Source: a bacterium (lineage in GTDB: Bacteria > SM23-31). From it: a stretch of DNA of 64,000 nt. Positions 19,612 through 30,211 of this stretch are shown here, piece by piece (the first letter of the stretch is position 1; each line of letters starts with the position of its first letter). The translations under genes were made by a program, and so were the position numbers. The stretch covers positions 1,280,001 through 1,344,000 of the forward strand of contig OZ252239.1 in assembly GCA_965249485.1 (NCBI GenBank), in the 5' to 3' direction. Under the pieces are notes generated by a model. It was not told the origin of the DNA. It saw only the letters and a list, made by a program, of their open reading frames with translations, and searched no databases.

Positions 19612-20703
19612 ATGGATTCAAATATTTTCTCAATGATATTCTGGGTTATAATAGTACTGGGGGTGCTGGTATTTTTTCACGAATGGGGTCATTTTCTTGC
19701 AGCCAAGATATCTGGTATTCGTGTTGAAAAATTCTCTATAGGATTTCCGCCACGCATATTTGGTAAAAAAATTGGAGATACAGATTACTGCTTGCAACTG
19801 ATACCTTTGGGTGGCTATTGTAAAATGGCCGGAATGATCGATGAATCGCTCGATACGGGGGGAATAAAGGGTGAACCGTGGGAATTTATGTCGAAACCGA
19901 TTCCAATTAGGATGTTTGTCTTGTTTGCCGGTCCGCTCATGAATATTATTTTAGCGTTCGCACTATTTTCCATCTATGTTAATATTATCGGACTACGTGA
20001 CTATTCGGATGAAGCGGTCGTGGGAAATGTTACTGCCGGAACACCCGCCGAAGAAATCGGACTGCTACCTGGAGATAAGGTAGTGGCAATTGATGGTGAA
20101 TCGATTGAATCCTGGATGGAAATGACTGAAATCATACGGGCAAATCCACTTGAAACACTATCACTCATGATTGAACGAGACAACATAGTGATTGAAGAAC
20201 AGGTTGCAATTGCATTGTATGAAGCGCCTGAAGGGCAGGAACAGGCGGCCGATATTGGAATGCTGGGAATAGAACGGCTTTATTTTGATAGGGATGTGGG
20301 ATTTTTTAAGAGTATTGATCTCGGAATGCGTCAAACTGCGACACTTACACTGATGATTACAAATACTGTGAAATCTCTCCTCACAGGAAAAGAATCAATC
20401 AAGGCGCTTGGCGGTCCGCTCATGATTGCGAAAATGACAGACGATTTCAGAAGGACGGGTACAGCTGAGTTTATCTTCTTTGTTGCGTTTCTGAGTCTGA
20501 ATCTCGGATTTATGAATCTCCTGCCCGTACCGGTTCTCGATGGCGGTCATTTGGTGATTCTCACAGTAGAAGGATTGACCAGAAAGCAATTACCAGTCAA
20601 AGCTCGAATTGTTATTCAACAGATCGGGATGGCATTATTGCTCGTGTTAATAGCGGTAATTCTCTATAATGACATCATCAGGTTAACCTCTTCGACCGGT
20701 TAG
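19612..20703 (+). CDS. rseP: RIP metalloprotease RseP (site-2 protease, M50, with PDZ domain)
   Basis: HEWGH, AGPLMN, PDZ segment (TPAE..GL.PGD.V.AIDG) and NLLPVPVLDGG; canonical dxr-rseP synteny. Confidence 0.96.
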   Translation: MDSNIFSMIFWVIIVLGVLVFFHEWGHFLAAKISGIRVEKFSIGFPPRIFGKKIGDTDYCLQLIPLGGYCKMAGMIDESLDTGGIKGEPWEFMSKPIPIRMFVLFAGPLMNIILAFALFSIYVNIIGLRDYSDEAVVGNVTAGTPAEEIGLLPGDKVVAIDGESIESWMEMTEIIRANPLETLSLMIERDNIVIEEQVAIALYEAPEGQEQAADIGMLGIERLYFDRDVGFFKSIDLGMRQTATLTLMITNTVKSLLTGKESIKALGGPLMIAKMTDDFRRTGTAEFIFFVAFLSLNLGFMNLLPVPVLDGGHLVILTVEGLTRKQLPVKARIVIQQIGMALLLVLIAVILYNDIIRLTSSTG

Positions 20704-20768
20704 TAGTGAAGAAATATTGAGATTTAAAGCTTAGAGATACATAGCACTGATTAAATATAGGGGTATTA

Positions 20769-21113
20769 ATGCATATCGATAATGTACACAATGTTAATAA
20801 GGACGCGCTTACGATCAACGGCTCTCAGGGAGCAAATATTCAATGGCTTCTGGCAAAAAATGAGGGAGTTGACCATTTCTATATGCGGTATGTTTCAATC
20901 GAACCGGGTGGTATTATTCCTCTTCATTCCCATGCATTAATTCATGAAATGTTTATCGTAAAAGGCAAAGGATTGGCACTGTCCGAAGGCAATGAAACGG
21001 TGCTAGAACCCGGTAGTTTCGTATATGTTGAGCCGAATGAAATACATGGACTAAAAAATATTGGAGAGGAATCATTTGATCTGATCTGTTGTATCAATAA
21101 ACCTGAAGATTAA
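20769..21113 (+). CDS. Cupin domain protein
   Basis: PGG.IPLHSH...HE.FI..G.G and PN..HGL.N cupin motifs. Confidence 0.88.
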   Translation: MHIDNVHNVNKDALTINGSQGANIQWLLAKNEGVDHFYMRYVSIEPGGIIPLHSHALIHEMFIVKGKGLALSEGNETVLEPGSFVYVEPNEIHGLKNIGEESFDLICCINKPED

Positions 21114-21170
21114 AATTGCAGAAACAATTCGTCTGAATCTAATGTGGCGGTGTATAAAGTTAGTAAAATC

Positions 21171-21199
21171 GAACATTTCCGGTTACATATGAATATAAT
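21171..21199 (+). promoter_or_regulatory. Putative ECF-sigma promoter, GAACATT-N13-GAATATAAT
   Basis: The same bipartite motif with the same spacing recurs at 45341-45369, upstream of the ECF sigma gene. Confidence 0.5.
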
Positions 21200-21386
21200 T
21201 CCATACGGCTGACGTATATAGGTTTTAGGATATTTATCTTGATTACCTATATGAAATATAATACATTATTTCTGATAAAATTACTCTTAACAGAGAGATT
21301 CGATCGGACTATGTGTAATTGACGTTTCCCTCTGAGAGAACAGTTAAAATAAATATAGTAGCTACGCTTATAAGAAATATACAAAT

Positions 21387-23039
21387 ATGATAGTGAACCG
21401 ACTTAAAAATTACAGAGCCAGGACAGGTGTTGTTGGAATGGTGTCAAGAATATTGCTGACTATATTTTTTGTCTCTATATTCGCTGTGCAAGAGGTAAAT
21501 GGGCAAAGTGCTACGGGTAATGAATTTAACCGGAAAGCGTACGAACATTATCGGGATGGATTGCTCTATGATATTCAGGGTAATACCGATGAAGCCATTA
21601 AAGAAATGATACGGGCAGTCCAGTTAGATAGTTCAAATTCCGTAATACTGAAATCTCTTGGAGATCTATATATATTTAAAGCCAAGAACTATCAAATGGG
21701 AGCGGCAGTCTATGAGAAATATCTCGCAAAAAATCCCTTTCATGACCGGACAATTGATGTTCTTACTCAAATCTATCTGCTGAGCAGGCCGCCACGCTTA
21801 GAGCGTCTTGAAAATATTTTAAGCATGGTTATCAGCCGGGGCAATGATCTGCCCAAATTTTATGCTACACTCGTTGATGTATTACTCAAGCAGAAAAAAG
21901 TCGAATTTGCTCAGAATATGGCAGTGATGTTCATCAATCGGACGCGGCAGCTACAGGAATCATGCGAAGAGGTTGCTGAAATGTTTATTAACAACAGCAT
22001 GGTAGTAGAAGGAGTGGATTTTTTTAAAGACTATTTACACAATAATCCCGACTCGCCAAATATTGGAATCACTCTCGGATTTCTCTATCAGGCACTTAAT
22101 GATCAGGTTGCTGCAGAACGGGCGTATTTAACGGTTCTTCGAAATAATGAGTCGGCATTCAGAACACGCCTTCGTCTCTCCGAAATGTATGTAGAGGCGG
22201 AAAAAATAGATAATGCATTACAGCTCTATGATATTCTCGATTTCGATGATCCAATGGAAATCCCGGTAAAATTGTCCATCAGTGAGCGACTTCTTCAGCA
22301 GTCTCCTAATACCCCTTTTTCAAAAATTGAATCGATTATGAATACAGTGGTACATAAAGCAGGGAGTAACGCTCAAATCTACTACTATCTTGGACGTGCT
22401 CAATCTGGTTTGAGCCGAAATGATGATGCCGTAGTAAATTTCAGAAAATCATTGCGTGAGGACCCGTTGAACGAAATTGTGCTTTATTATCTGACGCAGG
22501 TTGAAATGGAACGGGAAAATTTTGGAGAGGCATCGACAGCGATAGCAAAAGCACTCAAATTGCGGCCGGATGAAAAGGCATTCTACGTTATTCAGGGACT
22601 TGTCTTTGACAGATTAGGAGAGTATAGCAGCGCAATAGCCGCCTATGAGGCAGGAATTGCAGTCAATTCATCAAATGAGAGTGCGCAGGCAACTTTGCTC
22701 AACAATTACAGCTATATATTGTCTCAACGTGATGGTGACCTTGATAAAGCGTTAGAAATGGCGAAGAGAGCCATTGCGGTTGAGCCGGATAATAGCAGTT
22801 TCCTTGATACAATAGGCTGGGTTTACTATAAGCTTGAAGATTATGAAAAGGCTCTCGATTATATTCAGAGATCTGTTGATAATAATCCGGAAAGCCCCGA
22901 AGTACTTGACCATTTAGGTGATATTTTTGAAAAGATGGGCGATTTGATAAAAGCTCAGGAATATTGGAATAAAGCACTTGAACTTGATTCGGAAAACTCC
23001 GAAATACGAGAAAAATTAAGCAACGCACGCAACCAGTAA
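21387..23039 (+). CDS. Periplasmic tetratricopeptide-repeat protein
   Basis: Signal-like N-terminus; many TPRs, including LNNYSYIL......L.KA..MA..A...EPDN.SFLDT.GWVYY and EVLDHLGDI. Confidence 0.9.
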   Translation: MIVNRLKNYRARTGVVGMVSRILLTIFFVSIFAVQEVNGQSATGNEFNRKAYEHYRDGLLYDIQGNTDEAIKEMIRAVQLDSSNSVILKSLGDLYIFKAKNYQMGAAVYEKYLAKNPFHDRTIDVLTQIYLLSRPPRLERLENILSMVISRGNDLPKFYATLVDVLLKQKKVEFAQNMAVMFINRTRQLQESCEEVAEMFINNSMVVEGVDFFKDYLHNNPDSPNIGITLGFLYQALNDQVAAERAYLTVLRNNESAFRTRLRLSEMYVEAEKIDNALQLYDILDFDDPMEIPVKLSISERLLQQSPNTPFSKIESIMNTVVHKAGSNAQIYYYLGRAQSGLSRNDDAVVNFRKSLREDPLNEIVLYYLTQVEMERENFGEASTAIAKALKLRPDEKAFYVIQGLVFDRLGEYSSAIAAYEAGIAVNSSNESAQATLLNNYSYILSQRDGDLDKALEMAKRAIAVEPDNSSFLDTIGWVYYKLEDYEKALDYIQRSVDNNPESPEVLDHLGDIFEKMGDLIKAQEYWNKALELDSENSEIREKLSNARNQ

Positions 23040-23136
23040 GCAGTCTTGTAAATATTTTCAAGGTTGAAGTATACTAATATTGAATTGATACTGCAGTTTA
23101 TCACATTGATTCCAAAGGCGTTGGTTATACAATAAG

Positions 23137-24075
23137 ATGCCAGGCTTATTAAAGAGAATTGTTTCTAGAATTTATCACAACTCAAAAAAGGGAATGGCTT
23201 GCTTTTCCCTTTTTTTATATTCTGATCCAAAAGTTTTCACCGGTGCTTCGCAATTTGGTTGGAAATGTTGTGTTTTTGTAATGCTTTCGACAATTATTTT
23301 CAGTTCATGTTCTTCACTCATGATGACAAGGATTCCAGCACAGACCTGGACCAATCCTCAAGAAATTATCACCGCCTACAACAATAGTATAGAAAAGTTA
23401 CAGACATTTAAGGGAAAAGGGATACTGCTCATTCAGACCACGGATACGAATGAGCAAGGTACGGCGCATGTTACGATCAAAATGCCCGATTCCCTCCACA
23501 TTCGCATAGAAGGACCGTTGGGTATTGATGTCGCATCATTATTTATGGATAAAAACACCTATCTTCTCTATTTGCATAGAGACGAAATTGTATACAATGG
23601 TAATGTGGAATCGCTTGATGCTCCCGGTCTGTTGCATGAATTAACAGGAGTACGTATTGCAGAAGCAACATTTAATCGTCGTGATTTTCTGGAAGAGCTT
23701 TTGAGTTTTTTTACTGGTACAAAGGTACTGAATGTTAACAGTCTTGAGCCAATATCATTTCTTGAAGACGGAAAAAATGAGGCGCTGTTTCAACATACCG
23801 ATACACAATTTCAAACTAAATTTGAATTCCCGGGAGACCGCGAGCTTTTGCAGCGGGTAAGCATCTCAGATCATGCATCTGAAATTAGAGTCGAAAAGAC
23901 ATTTAACCGATATATTAAGCAGCAGGGAGTTATTATTCCGCGGAGAATTCGTTTTACATTTTTTCGCGAAAGAGGTAGGATTGCTCTCCAATATAAGACT
24001 ATTCAAATCAATAAAAGAATAAAATCAAAAGAGTTTAATATCAATGTTCCGCCTGAATTGTTGAGCGGTTTATAG
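23137..24075 (+). CDS. DUF4292/LolA-LolB-like lipoprotein (real start probably downstream, near 23281)
   Basis: Lipobox-like IFSSC; motif PDSLHIRIEGPLGIDVA; C-terminal F.INVP; follows a TPR gene as in Bacteroidota-type clusters. Confidence 0.65.
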   Translation: MPGLLKRIVSRIYHNSKKGMACFSLFLYSDPKVFTGASQFGWKCCVFVMLSTIIFSSCSSLMMTRIPAQTWTNPQEIITAYNNSIEKLQTFKGKGILLIQTTDTNEQGTAHVTIKMPDSLHIRIEGPLGIDVASLFMDKNTYLLYLHRDEIVYNGNVESLDAPGLLHELTGVRIAEATFNRRDFLEELLSFFTGTKVLNVNSLEPISFLEDGKNEALFQHTDTQFQTKFEFPGDRELLQRVSISDHASEIRVEKTFNRYIKQQGVIIPRRIRFTFFRERGRIALQYKTIQINKRIKSKEFNINVPPELLSGL

Positions 24076-24121
24076 TTAATGGATAGTATACATTCCACAC
24101 ATTCAGTGTTGAGGTGATAAC

Positions 24122-25420
24122 GTGAATATTACTGTTGTAGGAACCGGGTATGTAGGATTAGTTGCAGGAACGTGTCTTGCCGATATGGGTAACGATGTGA
24201 TATGTGTTGATATTGACCAGAAAAAAATTGATGATTTGAAAAAGGGTATAATCCCTATTTATGAACCCGGACTAAAAGACATACTGGAAATAAATGTGAA
24301 GGAGAATAGACTCCATTTTACCTCGGATATGAAAGAGGGTTGTGAGAAGTCAGGAGTGATTTTTATTGCTGTTGGCACACCAACCGGTGAAAACCATGAA
24401 GCAGATGTCACGAATGTGATGGCGGTTGCCCGAACTATTGGGAAATTTTGTAATGGCGATAAAATTGTTGTCGATAAAAGTACGGTTCCTGTTGGTACAG
24501 CACGAAAAGTGAAAGAAATTATCAATGACACGATGACCGGAAATCACACCGTGGATGTGGTGTCAAATCCGGAATTTTTAAGAGAGGGTTCGGCAATAAA
24601 AGACTTTGTCAGCCCTGATCGTATTATTGTTGGAACGGATAGCGAGCGTGCCCAAAAAGTAATGGAAAAAATATACAGGGGAAATGTCCGAACCGGAAAA
24701 CCGCTCATGGTTACCGATATTGAAAGCGCAGAACTTATCAAATACGCCTCAAATGCATTTCTGGCAACAAAAATATCGTTTATTAATGAAATTGCCCGTC
24801 TCTGTGAAAAAGTTGGTGCAGACGTGAAAAAAGTTGCAGTCGGAATGGGTCTGGATGACAGGATCGGATCTCGGTTCCTGCAAGCAGGTGTCGGATATGG
24901 AGGGAGCTGTTTTCCTAAGGATGTAAAGGCGCTGATCCAGACGGGAAAAGAAGTGGGAGTTGAATTTTCGATACTTACTGCTGTTGAAAAAATAAATATG
25001 GAGCAGCGTTCTATTGTAGTTGAAAAACTAAAAAGTGTATATGCTGATCTAAGTAATAAACGTATTGCGCTGTGGGGATTGGCGTTTAAGCCAAGAACAG
25101 ATGACATTCGTGAAGCCCCTTCACTCGACATAATTACAAACCTGCTCAATAGTGGCACAGATGTAGTTGCATTTGATCCAGTTGCACAGAAAAATGCACA
25201 ACAAGAATTTCCCGATTTGCGTTTTGGGCATAATCCGTATTCTGTTCTTGAGGGATGCGATGCATTAATCATTGTGACAGAATGGAATGAGTTCAGAGAT
25301 CTCGATTTTGGAAAAGTTCGATCCTTGATGAATAAACCGGTAATCATTGACGGCAGGAATATTTACGATCGGGATGAAATTGAAAAACACGGCTTTACTT
25401 ATATCGGATTCGGCAGGTAA
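24122..25420 (+). CDS. ugd: UDP-glucose 6-dehydrogenase
   Basis: GTGYVGL, PIYEPGL, FIAVGTP, KSTVPVGT, SNPEFLREG, GYGGSCFPKD and WGLAFKPRTDD.RE motifs. Confidence 0.96.
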   Translation: MNITVVGTGYVGLVAGTCLADMGNDVICVDIDQKKIDDLKKGIIPIYEPGLKDILEINVKENRLHFTSDMKEGCEKSGVIFIAVGTPTGENHEADVTNVMAVARTIGKFCNGDKIVVDKSTVPVGTARKVKEIINDTMTGNHTVDVVSNPEFLREGSAIKDFVSPDRIIVGTDSERAQKVMEKIYRGNVRTGKPLMVTDIESAELIKYASNAFLATKISFINEIARLCEKVGADVKKVAVGMGLDDRIGSRFLQAGVGYGGSCFPKDVKALIQTGKEVGVEFSILTAVEKINMEQRSIVVEKLKSVYADLSNKRIALWGLAFKPRTDDIREAPSLDIITNLLNSGTDVVAFDPVAQKNAQQEFPDLRFGHNPYSVLEGCDALIIVTEWNEFRDLDFGKVRSLMNKPVIIDGRNIYDRDEIEKHGFTYIGFGR

Positions 25421-25434
25421 AGAAAAAAATGCAA

Positions 25435-25463
25435 TTGACTTAATAGTTTGATATTGGTAAATT
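25435..25463 (+). promoter_or_regulatory. Putative sigma70 promoter of the glycan cluster
   Basis: TTGACT-N17-TAAATT in an AT-rich intergenic gap. Confidence 0.45.
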
Positions 25464-25668
25464 GCAATGCTTTAGTTGTTGATTATAAATAAGTTACGTT
25501 ATAAAATAGAAGTTGATGTCAAGCTGTGTTGAAAATGTTTAAATTGAGAAATTGTTAAATTCATCAATGTTTTTTGCAATTTAAAAGTTTATATTTATTG
25601 TTGCATCAAAAAGAAAAGCAATACTATCGCAATCGTTTGAAAAAAGAATTGAGACACAACTACTTCTT

Positions 25669-26610
25669 ATGAGAATTCTTATTACTGGAGGAGCCGGTTT
25701 TCTTGGTTCACAACTAACCGATAAAATTATCCGGGAAGGACATGAAGTTGTCTGTTTTGACAATCTAAGCACCGGATCGACTGAAAATATTGCGCATCTG
25801 ATAGATAATAAAGCATTTCAGTTTGTCAAATATGATGTGACTGAGTATCTTTATTTAGAAGGTAAGATTGATGCAATACTCCACTTTGCGTCTCCGGCAA
25901 GTCCTGTTGATTATAGTGAGCTGCCTATCCAAACCCTGAAGGTTGGTGCTTTGGGAACGCATAAAACACTGGGTCTTTCTCTGGAAAAACAATCAAAATT
26001 TCTACTGGCATCTACATCTGAAGTGTATGGTGATCCTTTAGAAAATCCGCAGACGGAGGGATATTTCGGTAATGTAAATCCTATTGGTCCGCGGGGAGTT
26101 TATGATGAAGCAAAGCGATTTGGGGAAGCGTTGACTATGGCATACCACCGTGTTCACAATATCGATACCCGAATTGCGAGGATATTCAATACATTTGGTC
26201 CGCGTATGAGAACGCATGATGGGAGAGTTATTCCGGCATTTATAAATCAAGCTATACAAAACGAGCCGATTACTATTTTTGGATCGGGGAAGCAAACGCG
26301 AAGTTTTTGTTTTATTACTGATATGGTTAATGGGCTTTTTAATCTCATGCAATCTTCAATAAACGAACCTGTTAATCTCGGCAATCCATACGAAATGACA
26401 ATTTTAGAGCTGGCTGAATTAATTCGTGAATTGACATCGAGTAAAAGCGAACTAATATTCGAACCGCTGCCCGTTGAAGATCCGAAAGTTAGACAACCGG
26501 ATATTACCCGGGCAAAAAAAGTCCTTCAGTGGGAGCCGGAAGTGGCAATCAAAGACGGATTAATGGAGACAATAGATTTTTTTGACAGAAAGTTGTCACA
26601 TTCACAATGA
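25669..26610 (+). CDS. UDP-glucuronate decarboxylase (UXS-like) extended SDR
   Basis: [48 protein letters not shown] and QTRSFC motifs. Confidence 0.92.
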   Translation: MRILITGGAGFLGSQLTDKIIREGHEVVCFDNLSTGSTENIAHLIDNKAFQFVKYDVTEYLYLEGKIDAILHFASPASPVDYSELPIQTLKVGALGTHKTLGLSLEKQSKFLLASTSEVYGDPLENPQTEGYFGNVNPIGPRGVYDEAKRFGEALTMAYHRVHNIDTRIARIFNTFGPRMRTHDGRVIPAFINQAIQNEPITIFGSGKQTRSFCFITDMVNGLFNLMQSSINEPVNLGNPYEMTILELAELIRELTSSKSELIFEPLPVEDPKVRQPDITRAKKVLQWEPEVAIKDGLMETIDFFDRKLSHSQ

Positions 26611-27545
26611 ATATCTTAGTCACAGGCGGTGCAGGATTTATAGGATCACACGTAGCAGAACGGTATTGTGCTATGGGGTATATTGTTCATATTGTCGATG
26701 ATCTTTCTACGGGATTGGAGCAGAATATTCCCGAAGACGCTCAGTTTCATAATTGCTCCTATGATGATCCGGAAGCTTTTTCAATCCTAAAGCAGCATAA
26801 TATAAAAGTACTGTGTCATCATGCTGCGCAAATTGATGTGAGGAAATCTGTTCAGAATCCTATTGACGATATTAAAAGAGACATTGCCGGTTCTGCAGAG
26901 CTGTTTCGAAAAGCTGTTGAATCAGGGGTTGAATATGTTATTTTTGCATCGAGTGGCGGAGCAATATATGGCGAACAGGAATACTATCCTGCTGATGAAA
27001 ATCATCCGATTAATCCGGATTCCACGTATGGGCTGCATAAATGGATGATCGAAAAATATCTTGATTACTATTCGCGGAAATCTGCCATGAAATATTGTCT
27101 TCTCAGGTATGCAAATGTTTATGGCCCACGGCAGAATCACTGCTCGGAGGCCGGAGTGGTTGCAATATTTGCTAATAAAATGCTGCGAAATGAACAGTGT
27201 GTAATTAATGGGACCGGAGAGCAGACGCGGGATTTTGTCTATGTTGATGACGTGGTTGCCGCAAATGTCCGGGTGTTACAGCAGCATTATCATGGTGTAC
27301 TGAATATTGGTACAGAAATTGAAACAACTATTAACGAAGTATTTGATTTACTAACAGCATTGTTGGACTGCGAGCAATTGAGGCAGCATGGACCAACGAA
27401 AGATGGTGAGCAATTCAGAAGTGTACTGTCAAGTCGGAAAGCCCGTAAAATCATTCATTGGTCACCAGAGGTTACTCTTCAATCAGGAATGCAAAAGACT
27501 GCAGAATATTTTACAAATGTCACAGATATGATTGGGACAAGCTAA
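26607..27545 (+). CDS. NAD-dependent epimerase/dehydratase (GalE-like)
   Basis: [30 protein letters not shown], YxxxK (YGLHK), [10 protein letters not shown] and QTRDFVYV motifs. Confidence 0.92.
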   Translation: MNILVTGGAGFIGSHVAERYCAMGYIVHIVDDLSTGLEQNIPEDAQFHNCSYDDPEAFSILKQHNIKVLCHHAAQIDVRKSVQNPIDDIKRDIAGSAELFRKAVESGVEYVIFASSGGAIYGEQEYYPADENHPINPDSTYGLHKWMIEKYLDYYSRKSAMKYCLLRYANVYGPRQNHCSEAGVVAIFANKMLRNEQCVINGTGEQTRDFVYVDDVVAANVRVLQQHYHGVLNIGTEIETTINEVFDLLTALLDCEQLRQHGPTKDGEQFRSVLSSRKARKIIHWSPEVTLQSGMQKTAEYFTNVTDMIGTS

Positions 27546-28497
27546 GAATATGACTAACGAAGAAAAACATGTTGAAATCTCAGTAGTAGTCCCTGTGTTC
27601 AATGAAAAAGATTCTCTGTATGAACTTACGAATCTTCTCAGAGAAGCACTTATTAGCTTTGGAAAAAGCTTCGAGATAATATTTATTGATGATGGTTCAA
27701 CCGATGATTCATTTAATGCTATGATGAGATTAAAGGAGTCACATCCGGAAATCAGAGTAATTAAATTTCAAATGAATTACGGAAAATCCTCAGCACTGTC
27801 AACTGGATTTGGTAGTGCGCGCGGAGATTATGTGGTCACGATCGACTCCGATTTACAGGATGATCCTAAAGAAATTCCGGTTCTGATTGAAAAGCTTTTG
27901 GAAGGATATGACCTGGTGTCAGGTTGGAAGAAGCACCGTAAAGACCCCGTTTCAAAACGGTTGCCGTCGAAAATATTTAATTTTGTGACTTCCGTGACAA
28001 CCGGTATACACCTTCATGATCACAACTGCGGATTAAAAGCATACCGCAGAGCTGTTGTTAAGAAAATTTCAATTTATGGCGAACTACACCGGTTCATACC
28101 GGCATTAGCGCACGCTTTTGGATTCCGTGTTACCGAAATGCCTGTACTGCATCACCAGCGGAAATATGGAAAGTCGAAATATGGATTATGGCGCTATTTT
28201 TCCGGGTTTTTTGACCTAATGACAGTTATGTTTTTAACGAGATTTACCACCAGACCGCTTCATCTTTTTGGAAGTATGGGACTTTTATTGTTTTTAGCAG
28301 GATTTATCATTAATATTTATTTAACAATTCTCAAATATTTTTATGGTGAGGGCATCGGAAATAGGCCGCTTCTCTTTCTCGGCATTCTTCTGATTCTTGT
28401 GGGATTTCAGGTGTTTTCGCTCGGTCTTCTTGCAGAAATGATAACAAAACTGAGAAGTAAAGAAGATTCAATTATTATAAAAGAATACTATGACTAA
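27532..28497 (+). CDS. Glycosyltransferase family 2, polyprenol-phosphate type (ArnC/GtrB-like); start probably ATG near 27550
   Basis: SVVVPVFNE, IDDGSTD, D.DLQDDP, GELHRFIP and two C-terminal TM helices. Confidence 0.92.
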   Translation: MGQAKNMTNEEKHVEISVVVPVFNEKDSLYELTNLLREALISFGKSFEIIFIDDGSTDDSFNAMMRLKESHPEIRVIKFQMNYGKSSALSTGFGSARGDYVVTIDSDLQDDPKEIPVLIEKLLEGYDLVSGWKKHRKDPVSKRLPSKIFNFVTSVTTGIHLHDHNCGLKAYRRAVVKKISIYGELHRFIPALAHAFGFRVTEMPVLHHQRKYGKSKYGLWRYFSGFFDLMTVMFLTRFTTRPLHLFGSMGLLLFLAGFIINIYLTILKYFYGEGIGNRPLLFLGILLILVGFQVFSLGLLAEMITKLRSKEDSIIIKEYYD

Positions 28498-29554
28498 TTC
28501 AGACCCTTACACAAGGGAAAATATTAATATTTTCCAGATTGGTTACGGATACTGGGGACCGAATCTTACGCGCAATTTATCAAGCGTGTCTGAGGTCAGT
28601 ATATCCGCGCTTGGCGAAGTCGAACAAAAGAATATAGACCGGTTCAAAGCAGCCTATCCAGAGGCACACATCTATAATGATTATCGGGAAGGGTTAAAAA
28701 GAGACGATATTCATGCTGTGGTTGTTACAACACCGGCAGCGCAGCATTATGAGATGACACGTGCTGCACTTGAACATGGGAAACATGTCTTGGTAGAAAA
28801 ACCGCTTGCGCTTACTTCAAAAGAAGGACATGAACTTGTAAATATAGCTAAGAGTAACAACCGTGTTCTCATGGTGGGTCATACATTTCTCTATAATTCA
28901 GCTGTCCGGAAAATTAAAGAGTATATCGATAGCGGAGAACTTGGAGATATTTACTATATTTACTCACATAGGCTCAATCTTGGAAAAATTCGACAGGATA
29001 TAAATTCTCTATGGAATTTCGCACCACATGATATATCGATTATATTGTATCTTCTCGAAAACAAACTTCCGGAAAGTGTCACTGCCCGTGGTTTTTCATA
29101 TATTCAAAACGATATAGAAGATGTTGTTTTCATGACTATGGAATTTCAAAATTCACTTTGTGCTCATGTTCATGTGAGCTGGATCGATCCGAATAAAGTC
29201 CGAAGTATGACAATTGTTGGCAGTAAGAAAATGATAGTTTATGATGACGTCTCGAACGACGCAAAAATAACAGTATATGACAAAGGCGTTGACAAGCAAT
29301 ATGGTAACAATGCGCTTAAAAATTTCGAAAATTATGGAGAATTTCAACTCCTTCTCCGCGCGGGAGATGTTGTCGTACCTCGTTTTGATTTTGTTGAACC
29401 GCTTAAAGAAGAGTGTAAACATTTTATCGAATGTATACGGAATGGAAAAAAACCTCTCACATCGGGTGAGCATGGTGTACATGTGATTAAAATATTGGAA
29501 TATGCCGGATATTCAATTAAGGATAATGGCACAGCAGTACATATAGACTGGTAA
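28490..29554 (+). CDS. Gfo/Idh/MocA oxidoreductase (nucleotide-sugar dehydrogenase, WbpB/WlbA-like role inferred)
   Basis: GYGYWGPN, GKHVLVEKP, MVGHTF.YN and W.FAPHD motifs. Confidence 0.88.
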   Translation: MTNSDPYTRENINIFQIGYGYWGPNLTRNLSSVSEVSISALGEVEQKNIDRFKAAYPEAHIYNDYREGLKRDDIHAVVVTTPAAQHYEMTRAALEHGKHVLVEKPLALTSKEGHELVNIAKSNNRVLMVGHTFLYNSAVRKIKEYIDSGELGDIYYIYSHRLNLGKIRQDINSLWNFAPHDISIILYLLENKLPESVTARGFSYIQNDIEDVVFMTMEFQNSLCAHVHVSWIDPNKVRSMTIVGSKKMIVYDDVSNDAKITVYDKGVDKQYGNNALKNFENYGEFQLLLRAGDVVVPRFDFVEPLKEECKHFIECIRNGKKPLTSGEHGVHVIKILEYAGYSIKDNGTAVHIDW

Positions 29555-29581
29555 AATATTTCATTTTCTACGGATTGTAAA

Positions 29582-30145
29582 TTGGAAAAACCATATCTCG
29601 TTCACGATAAAGCGATTGTAGAATCTGATACCATTGGAAATGGTACACGAATCTGGGCATTTACGCATGTTTTAAAAGGTGCACGCATCGGAGATAATTG
29701 TAATATTGGTGAAGGATGTTTCATTGAATCTAATGTTATCATTGGAAGCAATGTAATTATTAAAAACAATATATCTGTATGGGATAGAATTTCCATAGAA
29801 GATGACTGTTTTTTAGGGCCAAATGTTGTGCTGACAAATGTTTCAAACCCTCGTGCCCGTTTTAAAAAAACACTAGATGATTTTGACTCTACATTTATCA
29901 AACGAGGTGTGACTATTGGTGCAAATGCTACGATTGTATGCGGGATAACGGTTGGTCCACATGCATTTATTGGTGCCGGGGCAGTTGTTACTCATGATAT
30001 TCCGGCATATGCATTGGCATTTGGTAATCCGGCCCGTATTCAGGGTTATATGTGCGAATGTGGTGTAAGAATTGATTTCAGTAGCACATGCACATGTGGC
30101 AATAAATACAAATATTCCGATCAGGAAGGCTGCCTGAAGATTTGA
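29582..30145 (+). CDS. Left-handed beta-helix N-acetyltransferase (WbpD/WlbB-like)
   Basis: Hexapeptide repeats; IW.F.HV..GA.IG.NCNIG, F.GPNVV.TN..NPR, TIGANATIVCG and GNPARI.GYMCECG motifs. Confidence 0.9.
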   Translation: MEKPYLVHDKAIVESDTIGNGTRIWAFTHVLKGARIGDNCNIGEGCFIESNVIIGSNVIIKNNISVWDRISIEDDCFLGPNVVLTNVSNPRARFKKTLDDFDSTFIKRGVTIGANATIVCGITVGPHAFIGAGAVVTHDIPAYALAFGNPARIQGYMCECGVRIDFSSTCTCGNKYKYSDQEGCLKI

Positions 30146-30211
30146 GTGTTGCAGCTTATGAGTAAACTTTTTCATTATCAAACAATTCAAAATCAGGTTA
30201 TGTGCAATTAA

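Noticed and set aside
24544..25347. 267-aa antisense ORF in ugd (similar ones in GT4 and the histidine kinase)
   Set aside because: Fully overlaps a well-conserved gene on the opposite strand and has no protein motifs.
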